From Eledone cirrhosa (taxonomy: Eukaryota): 64,000 nt of DNA. Made by a program: the position numbers and the translations under genes. The stretch covers positions 3,038,001 to 3,102,000 of the forward strand of contig OZ024743.1 of assembly GCA_964016885.1 (NCBI GenBank). Reading direction: 5' to 3'. The notes below the pieces were generated by a model. That model was not told where the DNA came from and searched no databases. It saw only the letters and a program-made list of their open reading frames with translations. Positions 36,316 through 49,845 of the stretch are shown here, in pieces; positions within the stretch are counted from its first letter, which is position 1, and the number at the start of each line of letters is the position of its first letter.

Positions 36316-39300
36316 TCATCATCATCATCATCATCATTTTACGTCCGCTTTTCCCTGCTTGCAAGGGTTGGACGGGTTTTATTCAGCACAGCATCTCTCC
36401 ACTTGTCACGGTCCTTCATCATCTCCTCGGTGAGTTTCAGTGATCTGAGGTCTGCTCACACCACCTCCGCCCATATTTTACGTGGTCTACCTCTACTGCG
36501 TCTTCCCTCTACTGGGATTTCTTGGCACTTCTTTACCCAGTGGTCGTTCTCCATGCGCATCACATGTCCATACCATCTCAGCCTTCTCTCCTCCACACCA
36601 CAACTTATCCCTCTTATACCCAATTTCTTTCTCAACTCGTCCATGCTTTGTCGTTCAGACACATTGACATTGCACATCCAACGGAGCATACTTGCTTCAT
36701 TTCTCTCCAGCCGTCGCATATCCTCTGCAGTTGCCGCCCATGTCTCACTACCATGCAGCATCGCGCATCTCACACAGGCATCATATAACCGTCCTTTTGT
36801 ATGCAGAGAGAAACCCTACTTTGTCAACAAATGAAGCAGCTCCCTAAACTTCTTCCAACCCGTCTTTATTCTAGATACTATGGCCTCGGAACACCCCCTC
36901 CCATGCTAATCTGATCACCTAGGTACCGGAAGCTATCAACCACTTCTATAGAACCAACCTGCATTGGAAAAATGTGTCTATCACTGCGATTAATACTGCC
37001 AACTTTCCCTGTACATCTACTGCATACGTAGTTTTCCATACCTGTTAGTTTGCCTGCTATCCCACTACATCTCTTGTGTACTCAAGATCTGCATTGCGTA
37101 CATTTTATAGAATTTATGCCAGTTCCTTTCCTACATATCGAACATGGTCATTTCCCTGATGGAATCGGAGTATTGTCCGCTTTTCTACTTATCAACACTT
37201 TTGTCTTAGCTATGTTCACTCTCAGTCCTCTTGATTCCAACTGCTGTTTCCATAGCCAGAATTTATTCTCTAGCTCCTCTACTGATTCTTCTATAATAGC
37301 CAGATCGTCAGCATAGAGAAGTTCCCATGGACAGCCAGTCTTAAACTCCTCTGTTATGGCTTGGAGGACTACAATGAAGAAGAGCGGGCTGAGGACCGAA
37401 CTCTGATGTACACCTACTTGTATCTGGAATTCCTCACTAAACTCCATACCTACTCTCACTTTACTGACAGCACCCCTGTACATAGCTTGCACTGCCCTCA
37501 CAAGCCATTCCTCCACACCTAGTTTCCTAGTTTCCAGATGACAGATCAAGGTACCCTATCAAAGGCCTTCTCTAGGTCAACAAAAGCTAAGTATAGTGGC
37601 TTATTCTTCTCTAAGAACTTCTCTTGTAGTTGTCTCACCAAGAAGAGGGCATCTGTTGTACTTTTCCGAGGCACAAAACCAAACTGCATCTCATCTAATC
37701 TGACCCTTTCTCTAATCAGTTGCGCTAATATTCTCTCTGCCACTTTCATAACCTGATCCATCAGTTTTATACCCCTATAATTGCTCCTCTCTAGAGCATC
37801 CCCTTTACCTTTGTAGCAATTTATGAGAATACTGCTGCACCAGTCTTTGGGTATGACACCACCATATATAACTTGATTGATGATGCGTGCAACCAGTTTA
37901 GTGCCTACTTCTCCTGATGCCTTCAGCATCTCAGCAACTATCCCCGACAGTCAGCAGCCTTACCATTCTTCATTTCTTTAATTGCCTCTTGTACCCTATA
38001 TTCGTCAATCTCAATAGCTGGTCCCTCTGTTGGGTCTACTGGGGGTAATTTCTCTCTGTCCCATTCATTCTCCACATTCATCAGTCTCTCATAGTGACAT
38101 TTCCAGGTCTCCTTTTTTTATCATTCATGACACTAAGTACACCAGCATCATTCCGCACACATTTATCTCCAACAACATCCTGATTTGCACTGACACACTG
38201 CCTTGCAATGCGTAACACCGCACGTCTCTGATCTTCCTGTCGCAGAACATTGGCAAACCTCCTACTCTCGGCCTCCCTGCGTGCTAAGTACACCTGACGT
38301 CTAGCTGCTCTCCCAGCATCCTAGCAGCTGTGTATCCTTCCCTACTCCCACCATTTTTCCAAGTCTTTCATGCCAGTCTTTTGTCTCTAATGGCCCTATC
38401 TACCATGTTCCACAACCAGGTCACTCTCTGTCTGGTTGAAGCTCTGCCCCAACCACAAGTTTCTTCAGTAGCCTGCAGTTAGTTGTCACGTAAGAAATTC
38501 CAGTTATCATCTATGTCATACGTCTCTAAATCGTCTTCTTTTTCGTCATACATGTCTTGAAGGGCTTTGCTAAATTTATATTTTAATGAAAGGTCTTTTA
38601 GCTTCAAGACCTTTCTTTTCCACACCTTCCTGTATGTCTCATTCTTTCTTATGCTTACTGAGATGTCACTAACGACTAACCTATGTTGTGGGGTATATTC
38701 TTCCCCAGGGTATGCCTTAGTATTTGACACCATCTGTCTGTCTCGCTGTCTAACTAGCAGGAAGTCAATTTGGCTTATGTGCTCGCCTGATTTGTAGGTT
38801 ATTAGGGGGTTGGTAGGCTTCTGGAAGTTAGTGTTGCAAATGGTTAGTGCATTTACATCACCAAATTCAAGAAGCCTCATTCCCTCTTCATTTCTTGAGC
38901 TGTAACCGTGCCCACCATGTATCCCAGTGTATCCATCCTGGAGCTGTCCAACATGTCCATTGAAGTCCCCTGCTAGCATAATGATGTCTCTGTCCCCTGT
39001 CATTGAGGCTGTTTGTAAAAGTTGCTCGTAAAAGCAGTCTTTCTCTTCTTTACCTAGGCCTGCCTGGGGAGCATAGGCAGAGATGATTGTCAGTAGTCTC
39101 TTGCCTACAACTAATCTAAGCTTAATTATTCTATCACTAACTCTAACTACCTCTATTGTCTTATTGATCCACCTCTCAGCCAGTAATATGCCCACCCCAC
39201 CTAACCCATCATCCTTACCCACCCAGAAAGGCTTATAACTAAGATGTTTTCCTGTGATTATTCTTGCAGAGGCACCTCTCCATCTCACCTCTTGCACACA

Positions 39301-39550
39301 GCATACATCCACATGCCTTCTCTCCAGCATCTCCGCTATCTCACCAGATCTACCTGTTAGAGTGCCAACATTAAGTGTGGCAACTTTGAGATGCGACGTC
39401 TCGTTCTTTTTCCTGTTGTGCGATTGTTTGATGATGGTCCTGGGGTTCTCACACATGGCCTCACCAGCCACCCCACTACCGTGCGCAGCCCTAACATGGT
39501 TAGTGTTATTGCTGTTTACGCAGTTATTGCAAATCTCAATCGTGTTCATA
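36316..39550 (-). mobile_element. Near full-length frameshifted RTE-type LINE (PHD-insert family)
   Basis: EN ORF 38479-39549, RT pieces 37546-37929 and 37148-37549 (ELLYADDL), C-terminus 36456-36773, (GAT)n tail. Confidence 0.93.
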
Positions 39551-39598
<48 letters not shown>

Positions 39599-39726
39599 AT
39601 GTATGTAAATATATATATATGTGTGTATGTGAGATATATATATATATGTACAAGATATGTATAATATATATATATGTTTAGTTTGTATGTGTGTATAAGA
39701 TATATATATATGTGTATATATATATA

Positions 39727-42012
39727 TCATCATCATCATCATCAACGTTTAACGTCCGTGTTCCACGCTTGCATGGGTTTGGACGGGGTTTTCCCACTTG
39801 AGGCAAGAGTGGTTGTCTTGCTCGTATAGGACTGTCTGGCAGGTTTTCTACAGCCTTTCTACAGCCTTTCTACAGCCCTTCCTAACACCAACCACATTTA
39901 CAGTGTGGGGCTGGGAGGTTTTTACCGTGTTGCCTACACGGCCACATTACAGCGTGGACTGTGTGTTTTTTTGTCGTGACACCTACACGATCTCATTTGT
40001 TTCGGCCTGGATGATGTGGCACCAACATAACTTTACATAGAAGGGGGCGGTGTGGATGTGGTAGGGGTGGTGGGACGGGGGTGTATTTTGTTAGAGATGC
40101 CTACTGACTGTAGTAGGTTTTACTATGTATTTAGGTAAGGCGGGTCTTCTCTATTACTGAGTACCGCCAAAGGTCTCAGTCCAGTGACATTGTCTTGGAG
40201 AGGTGTAAGTGTGTGAGGTCGGAGTTTATCAGCTTGTCCCAGGTTTTTCTGGGTCTACCTATTCCGTGGCTACTATCTATCTTTATTGCCCTGCACTTTG
40301 TTATACAGCTATCGTCTTTCATGCGCATCACGTGTCCATACCAACGTAGCCTTCTCTCGAGTAAACAACATCTGATCCCTCTTATTTCTAATTTTTTCCT
40401 TAGTTCGTTTATGCTTTGCCGTTCACGTATATTACTATTACACATCCAGCGGAGCATGCAAGCTTCGTTCCTCTCTAGTCTGCGTATATCCTCTGCACAC
40501 AATGCCCAGGTCTCACTGCCATGCAACATTGCTGTTCGTATGCAGGCATCATACAACCTGCCTTTCATTTTTAGGGAGAACCCTTTAGCGGCTAATAGTG
40601 GTATAAGCTCTCTGAACTTTTTCCATCCAGTTCTGACTCTAGCTACTGTACTTTCAGAGCACTCTCCCCCACTGCTGATTTTGTCACCCAGGTAACGGAA
40701 GCTGTCCACTATTTCTATAGAGCCCTCTGCGCAGTTGGAAGAGCTAGTATTTTGTGGGCACTTGCTGCTACTTATTGCACCAGAGCACCGGCCACATGTG
40801 AAATCTATGTTCTTAGTTAGCTTACCTGTGATCTCACTACATCTTTTATGCACCCATACTTTGCATTTCGGACACAAAATGGAGTTTCTACCTACGCCTT
40901 TCCTACACACTGAGCATGGCCACTTCCCGGAAGGGACCGCCGCCTTATTTTCTTTCCTACAAACTAGAACTTTGGTCTTAGCCAGGTTAATTGTAAGGCC
41001 TTTTGATTCTAAGCCGTGCTTCCATGTTTGGAATTTCTTCTCTAGCTCGGCCATTGATTCAGCTATGAGTGTTAGGTCATCTGCGTATAGGAGTTCCCAT
41101 GGGCAGCCGGTCTTGAACTCCTCTGTTATAGCCTGAAGGGCAATAATAAATAGTAGGGGGCTGAGAACAGAGCCCTGATGGACGCCAACTTTTACGCTAA
41201 ACTCTTCACTATATTCGTTGTTAATTCTAACCTTGCTGACTGTTTCTTTATACATGGCTTGTATAGCTCTCACAAGCCATTCGTCAACACCTAGTTTTCT
41301 AAGAGCCCACCAGATAATGGAACGGGGGACTCTGTCGAAGGCTTTCTCCAAGTCGACAAAAGCTAAGTATAGGGGTTTACTTTTAGCTAGGTACTGCTCC
41401 TGTAGTTGTCGTACAATGAAAAGAGCGTCTGTGGTACTTTTGCCTGACACAAACCCGAACTGCATTTCATCGAGGTCAATTCTCTCTCTGATTAGTTGCG
41501 CTATTACTTTTTCCGTGACCTTCATGACCTGGTCGATTAATTTAATGCCTCTATAGTTACTCCTTTCTAGGGCATCTCCTTTACCCTTATAACAGTTAAC
41601 GATGATGCTGCTACGCCAGTCCTTCGGAACAACCCCATTCTGTACGACTTGGTTAACTATCCGAGTGACCATGGTGTGTCCCACCGTGCCAGATGCCTTC
41701 AGCATCTCAGCAACTATTTCCGAAGGCCCAGCTGCCTTACCCGTCTTCATATCCTTGATTGCCTTACTTATTATACTACCCTCGACTAACACTGCTGGTC
41801 CCTCTATTGGGTCGATGTGGGGGAGACTGTCTTTCTCCCATTTATTCTCCTCATTTAGTAGCTTTCATAGTGACACTTCCAAGCTACCTTCTTATCAGCG
41901 TCGGTGATGGCAAGTACGCCGTCATCATTAAGTACACACTTCTCCCCGACAATATCACGGTTTTCCTTGACACATTGCCTAGCAATCCTGAACACCTCAC
42001 GTTTTTGGCCCT
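39727..42012 (-). mobile_element. 5'-truncated RTE-type LINE with an intact RT-PHD-C-terminal ORF (40176-41792)
   Basis: 538-aa ORF with FVDLEKAFD, GVHQGSVLSP, LYADD and a C4HC3 insert. (GAT)n tail and (TA)n flanks. Confidence 0.95.
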
Positions 42013-42024
42013 CGATATATATAT

Positions 42025-43491
42025 ATCATCATCATCATCATCATCATCGTTTAACGTCCGTGTTCCACGCTTGCATGGGTTTGTACGGGGGTTTTCCCAC
42101 TTGAGGCAAGAGTGGTTGTCTTGCTCGCATAGGACTGTCTGGCGGGTTTTCTACAGCTGGATGCCCTTCCTAACACCAACCACATTTACAGTGTGGGGCT
42201 GGGAGGTTTTTACCGTGTTACCTACACGGCCACATTACAGCGTGGACTGTGTGTTTTTTGTCGTGACACCTACACGATCTCATTTGTTTCGGCCTGGATG
42301 TTGTGGCACCAACATAACTTTGCATTGAAGGGGGCGGTGTGGATGGGGTTGGACGGGGGTGTATTTTGTTAGAGATGCCTACTGACTAGTAGGTTTTACT
42401 ATGTATTTAGGTAAGGCGGGTCTTCTCTGTTACTGAGTACCACCAAAGGTCTCGGTCCAGTGACATTGTCTTGGAGAGGTGTAAGTGTGTGAGGTCGGAA
42501 TTTATCAGCTCGTCCCAGGTTTTCCTGGGTCTGCCTACTCCGTGGCTACCATCTATCTTTATTGCCCTGCACTTTGTTATACAGCTGTCGTCTTTATTGC
42601 GCATCACGTGACCATACCAACGTAGCCTTCTCTCGAGTAAACAACATCTGATCCCTCTTATTTCTAATTTTTTCCTTAGTTCGTTTATGCTTTGCCGTTC
42701 GCGTATATTACTATTACACATCCAGCGGAGCATGCAAGCTTCGTTCCTCTCTAGTCTGCGTATATCCTCTGCACACAATGCCCAGGTCTCACTGCCATGC
42801 AACATTGCTGTTCGTATGCAGGCATCATACAACCTGCCTTTCATTTTTAGGGAGAACCCTTTAGCGGCTAATAGTGGTATAAGCTCTCTGAACTTTTTCC
42901 ATCCAGTTCTGACTCTAGCTACTGTACTTTCAGAGCACCCTCCCCCACTGCTGATTTTGTCACCCAGGTAACGGAAGCTGTCCACTATTTCTATAGAACC
43001 TTCTGCGCAATTGAAAGAGTTAGTATTTTGTGGGCACTTGCTGCTACTTATTGAAACAGAGCACCGGCCACATGTAAAATCTGTGTTCTTAGTTAGCTTA
43101 CCTGTGATCCAACTACATCTTTTATGCACCCATACTTTGCATTTGGGACCTAAAATGGAGTTTCTACCTATGCCTTTCCTACACACTGAGTATGGCCATT
43201 TCCCGGAGGGGACCGGTGCCTTATTTTCTTTCCTAGCTAGGTACTTCTCCTGTAGTTGTCGTACAATGAAAAGAGCTTCTGTGGTACTTTTGCCTGACAC
43301 AAACCCGAACTGCATTTCATCTAGATCAATTCTCTCTCTGATTAGTTGCGCTATTACTTTTTCCGTGACCTTCATGACCTGGTCGATTAATTTAATGCCT
43401 CTATAGTTACTCCTATCTAGGGCGTCTCCTTTACCCTTGTAACAGTTAACGATGATGCTGCTACGCCAGTCCTTCGGAACAACCCCATTCT
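42025..43491 (-). mobile_element. 5'-truncated RTE-type LINE with an in-frame deletion of the RT core
   Basis: Near-identical to 39727-42012 but the protein reads QEKYLA|RKENK. (TA)n on both sides. Confidence 0.93.
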
Positions 43492-43581
43492 ACATATATA
43501 TATACATATATATATGTATGTGTATGTGGGTGGGTGTATGTGTGTGATGTATGTGTGTGTGTATATATGTATATGTATGTG

Positions 43582-43626
<45 letters not shown>

Positions 43627-45091
43627 GGGTGTGTATATGTATATATATGTATGTATATATATATATGTATGTATGTATGTGTGTGTATGTGTATGTGTTT
43701 GTATGTAATATATATGGACTGTAGATATATTTACATATAGAGAAGTGAATATGTGAACCAGCATGTCCCCCCCCCCCCACACACACACACACACACACTT
43801 CCTTTCCCAGACCAATATCAACAACACATCTTTGACAAATGTTCCCAAACTATCCTTCTTTTCTCTTTTTCCTGTCATCCCATTCTTATCAAAAGACATG
43901 TATCTTACACCTCATTAAAACCCAGACAAGCACCTAAATTCATCTTTGATATAGAAATTTGTAGAAGATATTCTTTATGCATTTGGAAGAGTTGATTCAG
44001 CTATGCCATTATATACTCATCAAAGGTCAGCTAATGAAATAAAACCAGCAGGAGAGTATGTTTACAACTACCTTCTCAAACACCCTTATCTTACAACCTC
44101 ACCATTTTCTGAGTGTATATATATATATGTGGGTGTGTATGTGTGTGTGTGTGTATGTATGCTTTAATTCCTCTGGACCTTCATCATCATCAACACTCAT
44201 TAACACCCCACCCCACACCCCAGACACATCCAAATCTCTCATATATAGTCACACATTTCAACCTGATCTCAGTTTGACAATCTCCACAGACAGACAAATG
44301 CGAGAAAGTTCTCCAACCCAAGTTAACCAGGAATCTTTAAAATTCTTCCCACCGAAGTTAACAAAGAACTTACTGGATCTACCAACTCATAATATTATAA
44401 TATAAAATTATATCAAACATTTTTTAACACTACAAGTGAAATCATTCTTTTCCTTTTTTTCAAATATACCTAACTATACCAAGGATCTCACATTTTCCTA
44501 TATATATATATATATATATGAGGTTTTTTTTAAATGAAAAAGATGAGATGCCCTACACAAGTGAAATTATAAGGAAAAGAAATCGAAAATGCAACTGGAG
44601 TCTTTTTTAGAATATTTATTCATTTCCTTTACCAGTTACACAGTTCTTATGCTTTTCAAAAGTAGAATTGAGTTGGAGGGTTTGTGGAGAAAAACCACAA
44701 ACCCTCCAGACATATCTGAAGAACCTTCGAATGCACAGCCGGGTTCGATCTTTAACAGATCCTGCCTCAAACTTATCAACGGAGAAACATATGTAATATG
44801 CTAATAAATTGTAGTTTGATGCATTATTGATTCCTCCTTCTTTATACTAGTATACTCTGCTCTGTGCGAGCATTGAGTGCTCAACTGCATACCACTTACG
44901 GATGCATTTACCTGCAACCCTACAGCAACTATATATATATAAGAAAAAAGTCAGGACCCCAACGGCTGAGCTCCAGCCGGTCAAAACGGCCAGAGTTCAG
45001 CCATTGGGGTCCTGACTCTTTTCCTATTATCCAGTATCGAGTACTTTGGTGCGTTATGGTCCACCTGGTTACTTACCACACTTTCTTCATC

Positions 45092-45170
<79 letters not shown>

Positions 45171-45189
45171 GTTATATAACTTTGATAAC

Positions 45190-46368
45190 TTTGATAGGTT
45201 TCAGCCAGTATTGGCCCAGGCCATGTCTAACTTAATAGCACCACCTGGCGAAGTCTTTCAAATCAGGATTTAGACACCATGGCCCACTCAAGTAGGGAGT
45301 TATTGTTTGCGTAGATATATCTGGGTGTAGGAGGTTTATCTGGGATTTATTGAAGGAATTTGTCGAAAGATTTCTTGAACTTTATAGGGTCTGTTTCTGT
45401 TTTAATGTGTTTTGGTGTAATGTTAAAGAGAGCAAGGCCAATTGAGGTGAAGTAATTGTGCCGTATTGTTATTTGATGCGAGTTTGAGTTTTGTTGTGGG
45501 CGGACAGCACATGGCCCAAATCTTGGGTGTAGTTTAAAGGTGATGCCAACATTATTCGTGCAATTCTGATGGAATATTTTCTACATCATGCAGACAATGT
45601 AGCACTCATGGTGGCATTGGAGAGAATAAAGGTTGAGCTTTTCTAATTGATTCCAATAGTCAAGGCCTGTCATGCCATCTATCTTTTTTGTAATTGATCT
45701 TTGGGGGTGTTTCAAATTTCATGATACTTTGTTTTGTGTGGGGAGACCACAGTGGACAACAATATTGAAGGTGGGGTCGGGCAAAAGTGGAGAAGTGAAG
45801 GATAATAGTGTGGATATCTCTCGACTGGAAGGTTCTGAGAATCCAGGAACACATTCTGCGGGCCATGTCAACTTGACTGTTTATATGAGTGGCCCTGCTT
45901 ATGTTGTTGTCCACAATTACTCCCAAGTCTCTGATGTTGTTGGATGTCATGAGAGTTTCACCTGAAAGAAGAGAGTATGGGAGTTTCAGGGCATCCTCTT
46001 TTCCTAAGTGGATTAACTTGAATTTATCCTCATTCAGCAGCATATTGTTATATTCTGCCCATTGGATAACAGCCATTAGATCTGATTGGAGGCTTGTCTG
46101 GTCACTCACTCCATTGATGACCTTCTGGAGCTTGAAATCATCTGCAAAGATTCTTATGGTGCTGTGCTTGATGATGTCAGCAATATCATTAATATAATGA
46201 AAAGAAGTGGGCCCAACACAGTGACTTGTGGGACACCACTACTGACTTTGGCTGGGCTGGATTTTACTCCTTCGATTACATTTTGGGCTCTGTTTGACAG
46301 GAAACCCTTGATCCACTGCAGCAACTTTCCAGCAACACCAATGTTGGATAGTTTTCTCAGTAGAATGT
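45190..46368 (-). mobile_element. Decayed CR1-like LINE 3' fragment
   Basis: SSGVPQVTVLGPLLF, IRDLGVIVD and RPHLQYCCPLWSP. Confidence 0.85.
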
Positions 46369-47475
46369 TGTAACCCATTTGCAACCACGCAGCACGTTTA
46401 TTCTCATATTTACACATATTTTTTCCCCTGCTGTGATCCGTCTATTTCGTTCTTACTGCTTCCTCTTTCTCTGTATCTTTACCCTCTCTAACAGTCACTC
46501 TTTCTGTTAGCCTCTTCCTCACCCTTCACTCACTCACTCTCTGTTACTACCTCTCCTCCTTCTTCCCGTTTGACCTGTGCGTAATTCTTTTCTTTCGCAC
46601 GCTTGGTCAGGCTGGTTCGCCTTTTTTCTCTCTCTCGTCTACGATTTCACAGAACTTATGTTCACCGAATTCACAGACTAGATTCCTTCTTCCTCCCGTT
46701 AGACCTGTACGGATTTCCTTCCTTGCTCACATTCCAACCAGGTTTGATGGTCTTTATTCTCTCGTTCACGATTTCACCGAACTTATATTCATGGAAATTT
46801 GGGACTTGACTCGTTCTTCCTCACTTTTCGTTGCTTCACCATCTTTGTTTGTTTACACTCTCGCTGTTCCCTTTATTTACGTGTCCCAACAACTTTTTTT
46901 AGCCGTTGCTCGCACCAAAATACCAATGATGGTTGGAAGATCACTGATGAAGGACCACTTTATTCATATATATATATATATACATATACGCATATATATA
47001 ACCAACCTGGACCCATTGGAATTGATGGTAAAATCCAAATACAGGGTTTCTATGACACCTAAATCAATAATACTGTCTGCTTAAAACTATAAGCTTTTGG
47101 TATAATGATCAAACAAGGAATATCACGTTATCAACAGGTATTTTGTTCTGCGCCAGTGTTATGAATGATGTAGTGCTTTGTAAAAGCACATGTGTAACTC
47201 ACAAGGGGAAAAACCCCAGATTTTGGCAAATGAATTCAGTATGTGTAAATCATGCAAAAAATTGCATAAATAGCACAAATCGAATAAGCACTCAACCGGG
47301 TTGTTTTTAAAATAAACTTATGCAATTAATCTGTCAATAGAATTATTAACAGGTTAATTGTAAGACTCGGGAGATTAATACAAATATAAATTCAGCAAGA
47401 ATATATATATATATATTTAGGTTTGTTGGTTCACCACTGGATAGAACTGGTCATTCCGTATGGTCAACCTCGATG

Positions 47476-47527
<52 letters not shown>

Positions 47528-48431
47528 CTCTGAAAGTACTGTAGCTAGAGTCAGAACTGGTTGGAAAAAGTTCAGAGAGCTTATACCACTATTAGCTGCT
47601 AAAGGGTTCTCCCTAAAAATGAAAGGCAGGTTGTACGATGCCTGCATACGAACAGCAATGTTGCATGGCAGTGAGACCTGGGCATTGTGTGCAGAGGATA
47701 TACGCAGACTAGAGAGGAACGAAGCTTGCATGCTCCGCTGGATGTGTAACAGTAATATACGTGAACGGCAAAGCATAAACGAACTAAGGAAAAAATTAGA
47801 GATAAGAGGGATCAGATGTTGTTTACTCGAGAGAAGGCTACGTTGGTATGGACACGTGATGCGCATGAAAGTCGATAGCTGTATAACAAAGTGCAGGGCA
47901 ATAAAGATAGACGGTAGCCACGGAATAGGCAGACCTAGAAAAACCTGGGACGAGCTGATAAACTCCGACCTCACACACTTACACCTCTCCAAGACAATGT
48001 CACTGGACCGAGACCTTTGGCGGTACTCAGTAATCAGAGAAGACCCGCCTTGCCAGTAGGCATCTCTAACAAAATACACCCCGTCCCACCACCACCACCC
48101 CCACCCCATCCACACCACCCCGTCCTATGTAAAGTTATGTTGGTGCCGCGCCATCCGGGCCGAAACAAATGAGATCGTGTAGGTGTCACGACAAAAAAAC
48201 ACACAGTCCACGCTGTAATGTGGCCGTGTAGGCAACACGGTAAAAACCTCCCAGACCCACACTGTAAATGTGGTTGGTGTTAGGAAGGGCATCCAACTGT
48301 AGAAAACCTGCCAGACAGTCCTATGCGAGCAAGACAATCACTCTTGCCTCAAGTGGGACTACCCCCGTCCAAACCCATGCAAGCGTGGAACACGGACGTT
48401 AAACGTTGATGATGATGATGATGATGATGAT
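47528..48431 (+). mobile_element. 5'-truncated RTE-type LINE (same young subfamily as 39727-43491)
   Basis: Sequence nearly identical to those copies; begins right after (TA)n and ends in (GAT)n. Confidence 0.95.
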
Positions 48432-48714
48432 AACTATATATATATACATGTGTGTGTGTTTTTGTACATAGAGCAATAAAAAAGCAGAAGTTAGGTGTAG
48501 GTAGATAATTAGTTCATTGTTTTACGATCATTTCAGAGGGCCCATTGATTGATGGAGATTGATGTACCGACTAGCATGGTAGTGGTTAAGTTACTACCTA
48601 TATCTAGTTTCGAAATCCCTGTTCAATCGGCCGTCTTCTGAGTAAGACGGCCGATTGAACAAATTATATATATGTTGGGTTGTAAATTTATAAGTATAAA
48701 AATGGAGGGGGAAT

Positions 48715-49845
48715 ATCAGGTGTAATATTGGCAAATTACGGGAAGCATGGAAGCTTTGAAGGATGTAGTGTCCTCACAGCTGATAACTGATGCAGTTAGT
48801 TTGTTCCATGCTTCAACAACTCTGAGTGTGAAAAAATGTTTCTGCAAGTCATGGGAGCTGTACTGTTTTCTGACTTTGTAAGCATGTCCACGTGTGTGAG
48901 ACACATGGAATTCAAAAAGGTACCCAGGGTTGTTGTTGGAAAGATGGTTAATAATTTTGTGGCTGTTTACCAAGTCACTTGATAGATGTCAGAGCTTCAA
49001 TGTATCCATGCCCAGGGAAGCAAGGCATTCAGAGTATGGTAGATGCCTGATGGAAGTTATTCGCTTGGTCACAGTTTCCAGATCAATATAGGAATTCTGA
49101 GCAAGATAGGAATTCCAGACTGGTGATGTAAATTCTAAGTGTAGACACGCCATAGCTATATACAGCTTTAAATATATAGCTGGAGTGCAGCTAACAAAGA
49201 TCTTACTGAGTGAAGCTAAGACACCTTCGGCCTTCTTGACAATTTTAGAGATGTGCTTTGTCCAACACAAATCGCTACTGACAGTAATGTCCAGGTCACA
49301 TTCACAAGAAGACTTCTTGAGATTAGTGTTGTGGAGAGAGTATGTGGATGCTGGTTTTGTTTTCCTCTCAAAATGCATGGTGGTACACTTGTCCACAGCC
49401 AGCTTGAGTTGCCAGTCCATAATCCTTTGCTGCATTGTGTCCAGGTCTGATTGCAGGAAAGATCTACAGCATACAGGATCTGACCTTTTATCTCAAGGTA
49501 TAGTTTTATGTAATTTACATATTTCAGCACTGTGACATTCTTCAAGTTGGCATATCTTCGTCATTAATATATGCAACAAACAAAAGGCACCAAGAACAGG
49601 TCCCTGTGGCACACCAGATGTCATCTCATAGAGTGAAGAATGTTGTCCTAGAACCGTGAATTTTTTCGATCGAAAATGAAGAATTTTAACCAGTTATAAA
49701 GATCATCTCTCACATCCATTGCACAGAATTAAAAGCTTTAGCAAAGTCAAGATAAATAACATCCACCCATGAGCCGCCATCAGTGATTCAGGTAATGTCT
49801 TCGAGAAACTCAATGAGTTCACCACAGCAGCTGGAGTTAGGGATT
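48715..49845 (-). mobile_element. Decayed CR1-like LINE fragment, same family as 51853-53850
   Basis: WQLKLAVDKCTTMHF, HLEFTSPVW and TRGHAYKVRK. Confidence 0.88.

Noticed and set aside
34848-36364. YI/CV/HT-rich ORFs here and at 30237-30871, 39536-39745 and 43417-43899
   Set aside because: Translations of (TA)n, (TG)n and (ATT)n microsatellites.
40195-43406. Long + strand ORFs antisense to the RTE copies
   Set aside because: Shadow frames of the RT coding strand with no recognisable motifs.
46369-46960. Possible LTR fragment (minus strand ends aataaa...ggttaca) truncating the CR1
   Set aside because: No second terminus, TSD or partner copy found in the window.
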